Of a stretch of DNA of 64,000 nt, positions 55,866 to 64,000 are shown one piece after another. Below the pieces are notes generated by a model. The model was given only the letters and a program-made list of their open reading frames with translations. It ran no database searches and had not been told where the DNA came from. The position numbers were made by a program, and so were the translations under genes. Source of the DNA: Minutocellus sp. GHC0000111 (Eukaryota); contig OZ361258.1 in NCBI GenBank assembly GCA_977018835.1, positions 1-64,000 of the forward strand, written 5' to 3'. The number at the start of each line of letters is the position of its first letter. Positions within the stretch are counted from its first letter, which is position 1.

Positions 55866-56931
55866 ATTTCGGAATCATGGCACTCCGTTCATAGATTGGG
55901 TCATCTTCCTGGCCTCCATAAATCGCGCATGCAGTAACGGTCTCGGTACTCTTTTGCAGTTGAAATCGAAGAAACCCTCCACTCTCGTTGAGATCCTCTC
56001 CGGATCCTGCCGCCAAGACGGTTCCTGTTTGATCTTTGAGATATGCTAAGATGAGCGGCTCATCACGATCATCGGTCGGCGCAAATGCTCCAACGCCCCA
56101 ACCTGAGGAGGGACGAACCTCCAACTCGGGAGAAAACTCGGCAGGAAATGGCTCTCTGGAATTCGTGCTGGACGAAGACTCGAGACCGGCAATCAATTCC
56201 AACCAGGCGTCGGCCAGATCCTTGATAGGTATAGTAGCGCTCGATTGATCATCTCCATCGGTGCCATTGGCGCCATCGTCATCGTCATCGTCATCGTACT
56301 CAAGTGGACCTGAATATTCTTCGGCGTGTTCGCCGAGGCATTCGGCAAGTTTCTCGGCCAACGCAGAGCATTTGGTGAGGTGCAATTCTTCTCCAGTCGT
56401 CTCATCCTTGCCAGGGTTGGCATCGGTGCACGCCATCCATTCCGTGAACAACTGTCCGCACGGTCCCTTGGAATATTTGCGACATATTGGACAGTCATCT
56501 TTCTTCTTGTTGTTGTTGATGTTGCCGCCTTGCACGGATTGCGCAGCCGCGGCTGCCAGCAAATCTTGGGACGAGCCATCGGCGGCAAGAATACGCGAAG
56601 ACGAAAAGGAGCGGCGGCCAGTATGTGAGTTTATTGCCATCCGTGGAAGGCGGCGTGTGAATCGCGGTGGTGGGCGGGGTTTACGTCTTCCGCCGTTTCC
56701 GCCGTTTGATGGTGATTCTCCCTCGAGGCGGCATGCAGCGAAGAGAGGAGCACGAGTACTGTGGACATTGCAGTGGACAATAGCGGCAGCTGCTGCAGAG
56801 GCTGAAATCCCAGCCACCAAAGCGCGAGAGCTGCTGGTGCTGGAAGTGTTCGAACAATTGCCGATACCATGTCGAGAGACAAAACGACGAGCCACCGAGG
56901 CAGCAGCGGCACTGACGGACTTGACCACCAT
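55864..56931 (-). CDS. GCK-domain (twin-Cys, mitochondrial IMS-type) protein
   Basis: CPICRKYSKGPCGQLFTEWMAC...C..L..CL with an R/S/A-rich mitochondrial-like presequence from MVVKSVSAAA. Confidence 0.65.
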   Translation of the reverse strand: MVVKSVSAAAASVARRFVSRHGIGNCSNTSSTSSSRALVAGISASAAAAAIVHCNVHSTRAPLFAACRLEGESPSNGGNGGRRKPRPPPRFTRRLPRMAINSHTGRRSFSSSRILAADGSSQDLLAAAAAQSVQGGNINNNKKKDDCPICRKYSKGPCGQLFTEWMACTDANPGKDETTGEELHLTKCSALAEKLAECLGEHAEEYSGPLEYDDDDDDDGANGTDGDDQSSATIPIKDLADAWLELIAGLESSSSTNSREPFPAEFSPELEVRPSSGWGVGAFAPTDDRDEPLILAYLKDQTGTVLAAGSGEDLNESGGFLRFQLQKSTETVTACAIYGGQEDDPIYERSAMIPK

Positions 56932-57198
56932 CGTGAGGCGGGGAGCCGGGCTGGAGAAAATGAGACCGAGCAACACGTACGCCGAAAAGACGATCTTGCT
57001 TGTGCGTGCGAACCCTCCGGCAGCGAACCCTACCATGGTAATCATCACCTGCATATGCATGGAAGCCCTTTCGCCGTCAATAATGCTTTCAGTTCGAGCG
57101 AACGTCAATTCCTGGCAATTCTTTTGAATGCCCTTCCCTTCCATACATATGCCATAATCAAGTGTGAGCTGATGTGCCGCTGCCAATTATAGCGGATT

Positions 57199-58416
57199 AT
57201 GCTCCCACGTCGCGCCAATCCGAAAGGCGGCGGCTTGCGCTGGTGCAATCTATTCGTTGCCGCTGGCATGTCGTTTTATCTGGGGATGATTATGCGAGAC
57301 CTCACATCAGCGCATCTGTTGCATTCAGCCATATCTTGGGGAGTACTGGAGACGAGTGCCGCTATCCCGGGTCCACAACGACCTTGCGTCGGTGGCGAAT
57401 CTGGGGAGCAAAGAAGGGATGTTCGTCACCAAAAGGGCATAAGTATTGTCGACGGCGGCAACGAATCGAATTCTCCTTCCCCCATTGGTACCGCTGCAAG
57501 TCCAGATGCCACTGCAGATGTTCCAATTCACATTATCCAAGTGGGACCGAAGCGTACAGCTACTACACTCCAATATCAGAGCGTCTGCTTGAGCCTCTTC
57601 CTCAAGCTCTATGGAAGCGAAACATCGTCGGACGCCAATTCAGGTAAAGTCGATGGACAACCACAATCGCCGCTCGTTGGTCGACTCGGATGTTTCTTTT
57701 CTCAGGAAACTGGACTGAGTTTGAACCCAAACGATCCCGTGGTGCTCAAGATGCACTTTGAAGAGCCTTGCCGACCAACGTGGACAGACGCAGGCGGGGG
57801 TGGCAAGAAGGTGGCGTCCTGTGGGCTACTTCTGCGAAGAAAAGCAAGGGATGGAGGCCAGAGCGAGTCATCGATATTGGACGTGGGTTTGTCAGATCAA
57901 GAGAAGAAGGATGCGTGGCTATTTACTACTTCCAAAACAAAAGATGAAGGGATCAAGAGGAAGAGTCAGCTCCAAAAACAGGGATACACCGTAGTCTTTG
58001 TACAGGACATGGAGGCGGTCACAGAGAAGGGACATAATATTGTCTACGACTATGCCAGATTGTTCGGTCTGACGGCAACTCAACGGGACGAGCTGGCTGA
58101 ATACGTTCGATTTTGGGATATACTCCGAGTATGCTGCGGCGAACAAATGAGCAAACATGCCAAGAAGGAAATTATCGAGGGACAAGTAGATCAGAGCAAC
58201 CAAACATTGCACTCACCGAATTATCATGCTTGTTCAATGTACGATATTGATGAGGTTGAAAGGATGTTCATGAACACGAAACTGTATGCAAAGCTAATGA
58301 AACATGGCGGCTCCAACATCAAATCAATGGCACGGCCATCACAGAGGGATGGGGAACTCACAGGGAAGTATTGCTCACGCTACAACCAACAATTAGGGGC
58401 AATGCAATCCCGATAA
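57199..58416 (+). CDS. Type II membrane protein, possible P-loop sulfotransferase-like
   Basis: N-terminal TM; IQVGPKRTATTLQY resembles a PAPS-binding loop; VVLKMH; WDILRVCCG. Confidence 0.45.
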   Translation: MLPRRANPKGGGLRWCNLFVAAGMSFYLGMIMRDLTSAHLLHSAISWGVLETSAAIPGPQRPCVGGESGEQRRDVRHQKGISIVDGGNESNSPSPIGTAASPDATADVPIHIIQVGPKRTATTLQYQSVCLSLFLKLYGSETSSDANSGKVDGQPQSPLVGRLGCFFSQETGLSLNPNDPVVLKMHFEEPCRPTWTDAGGGGKKVASCGLLLRRKARDGGQSESSILDVGLSDQEKKDAWLFTTSKTKDEGIKRKSQLQKQGYTVVFVQDMEAVTEKGHNIVYDYARLFGLTATQRDELAEYVRFWDILRVCCGEQMSKHAKKEIIEGQVDQSNQTLHSPNYHACSMYDIDEVERMFMNTKLYAKLMKHGGSNIKSMARPSQRDGELTGKYCSRYNQQLGAMQSR

Positions 58417-58518
58417 CGGGCAAGTTTCAAGATCTTGCTCCTAGAGCTAGAGCTAGATAATAAAGAATTCACAAATCTAAAACGTAATGCACCGAGTTAT
58501 CCTGAATTCATTTCCATT

Positions 58519-61011
58519 CTATATATCCACGGTAATCTCCGAGGCCATGGGGCTGTTATGGTGAGGAGTACGGATAGAGAGTGTTATCGTTTCGGCATTC
58601 CAGTCAACCACCATGGTGCCGTAATTGGCCTGGGCCGAGCAAGTGAAGTGGTAGCTATCGGCACACTTATTCTCCAACGAATAGCGCTGCCGTTCCTTTG
58701 GTACCAGCTCTTGTTCAGCGGGTAAACAATTGCCCCATTGGCCACCTGCAACGCTGTTGTCAGATGATGTTCGTGTTGCGCACACAGGAATACCAGTGTT
58801 GAAGACATCCGCACAGTCGTTGTACGTGACGCCTTCATAAACGAAGGGGAAGTTGCATTCCTTGTCGTAGAAGCCATTGCCTCCAGAATCGGCCGTACGA
58901 ACCCGCACGCGATGAGAATTGTCAATGTCCTCAATCCAGTTCTGATCGATGCCGCTCGCGGTAACTTCGTACACAACCTGAGCCGCGCCTCCATCGCCCC
59001 CAGCATCCTCGGGAATTTTCATCGCCATTAGCTCACCCCAATGCTGCTCGCCTGACATAAATATCACTCGCTTGGCCATACCAGCATTCATCGACTTTTG
59101 GACCAACTGGAGGAGTCGCGTTCGTTCCTGCGGAACTTCCCCCCAACCCTCGTACGACGTGCCGGTGAAGGCCGTACCTTCACCAACGGCTTCATTTGCC
59201 GCATCAAACGTCCCATCGGGACCATCGTACGCACAAAGTTCTGTAGGGGCCCGTTCCCTCGTCGTCGGAGGCAGAATTGGCGTTCCAGAGGCAATAACCT
59301 TGATGGTAGACTTCTTCGTCATGAGTTCCTTTTCCAACCATGCCCACTGCTCGTCACCGAGCATGGTCGAAAAGGCACCTTCACACGGCAACCCACGATC
59401 CCTCCGTGTTGGAGATCGATGCGACCGGGCATCCAAGTTGATGACATGGATGCCATTCGTATTGCCATCCGCCGATGGACCGGGTCTGGCAAACATGTGA
59501 CTCCCGTACACTCCAAAGCGTTGATTCATACCCTGAGCCGGATGCCGAGGATCACTCTCCGGGACAGACATGTGGTGGACGAACTCAGCCTGACTGCTGG
59601 CCAAACATCCATAATCGTTGCCCAGTCCCTCGCCTTCACCAAAGCCATTGTCATCCCATGTTCCGGTGACGGGAATTTTGGGTTCCGCGACGGGTCCGTA
59701 CAACCTGTAGTACAGATCGTCTCTGCCTTCGTTGTAGGCTCGTCTCTTGGAATCCATGTTTCGGCCAGCATTGTACACGTTGTCTCCCAACCAAATGAAG
59801 AGGTCCGGTCGAAAGTTGCGCACATCCTCCCAAAGCACCGACGATATCTGTTCCTCGGGCTTGTAGCAGGACCCGTACGCGATGCGCGTAACGACGGCGT
59901 TCTCCGTGGGGTACAGATGGCGGGTGGACGATATGGCCGACTCGGCGGGGGTGCATCGATCGGCCTGGTAGTCTCGGGGTGGGTTGGGTGGGAAGGTCGG
60001 TCCCGCCGTGGGGGTGGAGGTTGGAGCGGCCGACGTGGGAGCGCTAGTGGTCGGGCTGAGCATCGTGGGTGCCTTGGTTTGGGTGCCGGGTCCACCAAAG
60101 TCGTCGACATCCGCACCGTCAAAGTCATCGGCAAACGCTTCTTCTCCTCCTCCATTGGTGGCACTCTGCATCGAACTGCTACTACCCTGGGAATTGTCAC
60201 CATCGCCAAAGACATCGGTAAAGTACAGCGCAAGCAGCACCGCCGCAACCACCAAAACGAAGAGAAACGTGACAATCCAGCATCGTCGTCCACCCAATCG
60301 ACGCCCGTCGCGCTGCGCCTTGGGACTGATCATCTCGTACGTGCTCTTTCCTGCCGCTGCTGCCCCACCATCTCCTCCCTCGGTACCGTCGGCGTTGCCC
60401 ATGGCCGAAAGGACGGCGTCCTCGCTGTCCTGCCGCAAGAGGACGGGAGTGGTGATGATGGTGGCCGGCCGGTCCGTCTCCTTCTCGCGCTTTTCGGCGT
60501 CATTGGCCGTGCTCGAGTCGTCATTATTTTCGTCATTGTGCTTGTTTTTCTTCTTGCTGCCATGACCACCACCGCCGCCGGTACCCGAATCGAAGCTTCG
60601 AACCAGACTGAGTCCGCCGGAACGGACGCGGTCGAGACGGCTGGGACTGCCGCCGCCGGCAGTACTCGTAGCATTTGGGCTCTTGCCGCCAGTAGCAGCA
60701 GCAGCAGCAGTCTGCTCGTCCAGCAATTCGTGCCAATCGGGCGGGTCAGCGGACGTCCGCCGCGGGCTGGGCGGAGTCGGCGAGCGCACCACCTCGATCT
60801 CGTACGCCAAATCGTGCCCGTGTCCGCCGCCATGCTTGTCCTTGTCGGCCGAGGTGCTGCCGTTGCTGTTCTTCCCCTTTTGCTTTTGCTTCTGCTTCTT
60901 GGCCTGGTGCCGCGTCAGGAGGCTGCTAATGCCGCCGCCCAGCGTGCTTTCGGGGGGAGGATCGCCCGACGGCGGAGGCGGGGCACCGCTGGTATCTTCC
61001 TGGACGGCCAT
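58519..61011 (-). CDS. phoD: Membrane-anchored PhoD-like phosphatase with an inserted fibronectin type II module
   Basis: Signal-anchor TM and PT linker; IAYGSC, PDLFIWLGDNVY, TWDDN, LDARSHR, MLGDEQWAWL, SGEQH and YEVTASG. Confidence 0.85.
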   Translation of the reverse strand: MAVQEDTSGAPPPPSGDPPPESTLGGGISSLLTRHQAKKQKQKQKGKNSNGSTSADKDKHGGGHGHDLAYEIEVVRSPTPPSPRRTSADPPDWHELLDEQTAAAAATGGKSPNATSTAGGGSPSRLDRVRSGGLSLVRSFDSGTGGGGGHGSKKKNKHNDENNDDSSTANDAEKREKETDRPATIITTPVLLRQDSEDAVLSAMGNADGTEGGDGGAAAAGKSTYEMISPKAQRDGRRLGGRRCWIVTFLFVLVVAAVLLALYFTDVFGDGDNSQGSSSSMQSATNGGGEEAFADDFDGADVDDFGGPGTQTKAPTMLSPTTSAPTSAAPTSTPTAGPTFPPNPPRDYQADRCTPAESAISSTRHLYPTENAVVTRIAYGSCYKPEEQISSVLWEDVRNFRPDLFIWLGDNVYNAGRNMDSKRRAYNEGRDDLYYRLYGPVAEPKIPVTGTWDDNGFGEGEGLGNDYGCLASSQAEFVHHMSVPESDPRHPAQGMNQRFGVYGSHMFARPGPSADGNTNGIHVINLDARSHRSPTRRDRGLPCEGAFSTMLGDEQWAWLEKELMTKKSTIKVIASGTPILPPTTRERAPTELCAYDGPDGTFDAANEAVGEGTAFTGTSYEGWGEVPQERTRLLQLVQKSMNAGMAKRVIFMSGEQHWGELMAMKIPEDAGGDGGAAQVVYEVTASGIDQNWIEDIDNSHRVRVRTADSGGNGFYDKECNFPFVYEGVTYNDCADVFNTGIPVCATRTSSDNSVAGGQWGNCLPAEQELVPKERQRYSLENKCADSYHFTCSAQANYGTMVVDWNAETITLSIRTPHHNSPMASEITVDI

Positions 61012-61294
61012 TGCGTTGTAGTACTACGGCCGTAATATGTATGTGCGCCGGGTGCAACTCTACTGGAGGATGTGAGGGTGGTGGTCGGAGGAGGCAGTCG
61101 TATGAAGGAAATTGCGGGCTGTGATGTGCGCGCTTGGCGCGGCTTTGGCGCAATCGAACAAGACCGAGTGCTGAAGAGCGCCAATACGGGCAGAACGGCA
61201 GAACTAGAGAGAACGGACCTCGCCGGCATAGCATGTGAACTGCACTGAGAACAACAGTCAAACTGGAATGACCCAATAGCGGTATAGTACCACG

Positions 61295-62149
61295 ATGCAC
61301 CACGGCTCCATTTGCTCGATAATATTGGCGTTCCTTTGTGCGCCGGCCCGCTCGTGGCATTTCCCGCATGCGCAGCGGGACGTCAACCAACACAACAACT
61401 ACCAGCACAAGCACGACGAATGGCGAGGCGCTACTTTTAGCCATGATCATTGCCTTTGGTCTTGGACCAACAATGATGGCAATGTGCCACCAAATACTTG
61501 CAATTCTCCGACTTTATTTCCGATGGAATCGACAAGGACAAACGATGTTCTTGGTGTGAATAGTTGCACGCGGAACCTATCCATGGCAGCGGCCTCGATG
61601 CTTCTTACCCTTCAGTTATGGTGCCTACCGGTGGTACCAGCCTCGGCAACAATGCAAGACGCCGATGCCTCGACCGGAGCTGGACTGATGGGCACTTCCA
61701 TCGTTTTTGACAACTTTGACGAAATACCCCCAATCGAGGAGGCCGTGATGCGTGGGTCGGCATCCACGATCATTCCATTGCGACAAGTCGAGGCCGAGAA
61801 ATGCAAAGTTCAGAGCCAATTTGGAGATGTGCTGGAGATCGACTACGTGGCCAAGAAGCTGGCCCCTCCCACGACTGTTTACGATGCCTCCATATTCCGA
61901 GGGACTGGGCAGCCCTTCAAGTTTGTGCTGGGATCTGGGGTGATGATACCCGGTGTCGATCAGGGTTTGTACGGCATGTGTCCAGGCGAAGTACGCCTTC
62001 TCAAGGTACCACCCAAGCTGGCGATTGGATTGCTGGATCCTCCTGCCAAGGCACCGCTGGAATGGATGGTTGAATTGATATCTATTGATGGTATCATCCG
62101 CCAAAACAATAACAACGAGTTGACCCGAGAGGATCGAAATATGGAATGA
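61295..62149 (+). CDS. FKBP-type peptidyl-prolyl isomerase, likely thylakoid-lumen targeted
   Basis: GDVLEIDY, YDAS, GQPFKFVLGSG.MIPGVDQGL.GMCPGEVRLLKVPP; multipartite hydrophobic leader ending PASA. Confidence 0.85.
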   Translation: MHHGSICSIILAFLCAPARSWHFPHAQRDVNQHNNYQHKHDEWRGATFSHDHCLWSWTNNDGNVPPNTCNSPTLFPMESTRTNDVLGVNSCTRNLSMAAASMLLTLQLWCLPVVPASATMQDADASTGAGLMGTSIVFDNFDEIPPIEEAVMRGSASTIIPLRQVEAEKCKVQSQFGDVLEIDYVAKKLAPPTTVYDASIFRGTGQPFKFVLGSGVMIPGVDQGLYGMCPGEVRLLKVPPKLAIGLLDPPAKAPLEWMVELISIDGIIRQNNNNELTREDRNME

Positions 62150-62328
62150 TTTCGTTCGGCCTGCATGGAGACAAAATGTTGATTAATCAGATTGAGTTCA
62201 ATTACGCAGTTAAACTCTAGCTACTAGGCTTAGCAAATTCTTAATGAGCAAAATTCAAATGTATGGCACAACACCATAAACTTCGATCTTGCTAATTTGT
62301 AAGGACGGATTCCTTCCAAAAATAGCTT

Positions 62329-62907
62329 TTAATCACTCTTGAGCGTAGACATGTCCTTGGGAAGGCGGTCAGGCGTGCCAAAGGGAACCTTGGTCCATTT
62401 GTTGCCATCTGGGAATACAATGCCATCCTCCTGCCAGACACCCTTGACTCCAGCGGGGCCGCCCTTGGAAGAAAAGTCCAAAGCTACAGTATCCTTATCC
62501 AGGAGCTTACCCTCGATCGCCCAAAGGTCATCCCGCGTGGGGCGGGAGGTGCACATCTTGTCACCCTCCTTGCCATCATAACCCTTGACCTCAACGACGG
62601 GAATTCGCGAGCGAGTACCATCGGCGCGAAGCTTAGGACCGATCACCTTTACGCTTCGGAGACATCCGGGATGGTTGGGATCATCGTAGAAGCCTGTGAA
62701 CTGGCTGGCCTGACAAGTGAGAGCCTTGGCAGCGCTGGCTTCCTCGGGGTTGAGAATGCTGGCGGCACCGACAACGCCGAAGACTCCTGCAATCTTACCG
62801 AAGGCCTCGCGGCGGCTGGTACTGCTGCTGGGTCCCTGGGTAGGGACAAGATCAGAGGCACCAGTGATAGCGCCGGCGATGGCGAGGGTTGCTGCGATAC
62901 GGACCAT
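62329..62907 (-). CDS. Conserved algal hypothetical protein, probable thylakoid lumen (Tat-like leader)
   Basis: Signal peptide, SRREAF twin-Arg with a hydrophobic stretch and ASA cleavage; YDDPNHPGCLR, DFSSKGGP and GIVFPDGNKW. Confidence 0.7.
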   Translation of the reverse strand: MVRIAATLAIAGAITGASDLVPTQGPSSSTSRREAFGKIAGVFGVVGAASILNPEEASAAKALTCQASQFTGFYDDPNHPGCLRSVKVIGPKLRADGTRSRIPVVEVKGYDGKEGDKMCTSRPTRDDLWAIEGKLLDKDTVALDFSSKGGPAGVKGVWQEDGIVFPDGNKWTKVPFGTPDRLPKDMSTLKSD

Positions 62908-63185
62908 GATGGGTGACGTTCGTTTTATGATGATGATGGCGCATCGGCAAGCCAGTGAGCACAGTGACTCAGTGGCCCCTTCCCACAGTCGAATGAGTCA
63001 TTCAAGCACAGGAAGAACTGACACACCTCCCTGCTAAAAGCAAAACTCAAATCTTCCGCCGATCGAAGCGATCCGACAAGAAGCCTCGCCCCTTGAAAGT
63101 GCAGAGGAGAGGGGAATTGAATCGAATTGAATGAAGCTTGACGAAAAGCTCATACAAAAGACTCAAAGCCAAAGGTAGAAAAATT

Positions 63186-64000
63186 ATGTCCGATACAGAG
63201 TATTCATCCGTCCCATCGTCATCGTCTTCGGAACACAGCGATGATTCCGCCAAGCATGGAATTGCCAAACGAAAGACCAAAGGGTTCACACAGCCCGTCG
63301 CAGTTGCCTTCACTATCAACTATTTAATCGGCACTGTCTTCCTAATGTTGCCTTGGGCCTTTGGTCAAGGTGGAATCCTTCTATCAACAATCACCTTTCT
63401 CTTTGTGCTGGTCGTTTGCAATATCTCGAAGGATTATGTGCTTTCGACAATGGCCAGAGCTGAGGCAATGAAGCGAGCGACCGATACAAGTATCGATGAG
63501 GAAGGTACAAACTTGCAGATCAAATCTGATTATGGTTCCGTCGATAGTGACGACGCAAACAGTATCGAGGACGGAGTCCTCACAGCCAACATCAAGCCAA
63601 CGATGGATCCTCTCGACATATCTCGCAAACCCGTCGACACACGCTATGTGGTCAAGGATCGCAAATTTGAATACGTTGAGCTTTGTCGGATTTTTCTCGG
63701 CGTGCGAGGAGAGCAGGGATACATCATTTGCATCGCCCTTTCCATAGTTGCTCAGCTATGGGGTTATACCACCGTCTTTGCTTCTGCCATGGCTGAAATG
63801 GTGCCAATTTTACGAGATGCGGATCGTGACTACTCGATCTATACCATCCTCTTTGGTTCCATCGTGGTACCGCTCACTTGTCTAGATTTGAAGGAGAAAA
63901 AGACATTTCAGCTTGTGCTTTCGGGTGGCCGGCTAGTAGTTATTGCAGTGATGATATTGACATGTATAATTGCTTCACTTTCAGGAGATGACTCTGCGCC
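63186..64000 (+). CDS. Amino-acid transporter family (Aa_trans, TMEM104-like), truncated by the window end
   Basis: Manual translation gives AFTINYLIGTVFLMLPWAFGQGG, MARAEA, RKFEYVELCRIFLG and several TM segments. It is absent from the ORF track because no stop falls in the window. Confidence 0.8.
   Translation, partial: MSDTEYSSVPSSSSSEHSDDSAKHGIAKRKTKGFTQPVAVAFTINYLIGTVFLMLPWAFGQGGILLSTITFLFVLVVCNISKDYVLSTMARAEAMKRATDTSIDEEGTNLQIKSDYGSVDSDDANSIEDGVLTANIKPTMDPLDISRKPVDTRYVVKDRKFEYVELCRIFLGVRGEQGYIICIALSIVAQLWGYTTVFASAMAEMVPILRDADRDYSIYTILFGSIVVPLTCLDLKEKKTFQLVLSGGRLVVIAVMILTCIIASLSGDDSA

Overview
Gene-dense eukaryotic genomic DNA, very likely from a diatom: GT-AG introns, ASAFAP-type bipartite plastid presequences, an APR-B-type APS reductase and a signal-peptide-bearing NPL4. 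About 24 protein-coding loci and 3-4 mobile elements were found; no rRNA, tRNA or CRISPR was recognised. Highlights: (1) an intact ~820-aa glucose-6-phosphate-isomerase-fold ORF whose recognisable catalytic motifs are all lost, head-to-head (~200 bp) with a large membrane-anchored putative glycoside hydrolase; (2) two more apparent pseudoenzymes, a pepsin-fold membrane protein and a Polo-like pseudokinase fused to a J-domain; (3) many nonsense codons, short deletions, frameshifts and TE insertions in the first 36 kb, while genes beyond 37 kb have open frames; (4) a CRE/R2-like non-LTR retrotransposon remnant with a 7-bp TSD, a 1.5-kb TIR element whose removal restores an LRR gene frame, and a RAG1/Transib-like transposase relic; (5) an intronless rifamycin-phosphotransferase/PigC-architecture gene and a PhoD carrying a fibronectin type II module; (6) recurrent intergenic clusters of TA-flanked palindromes. 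All family calls come from motif recognition by eye; no database searches were run.
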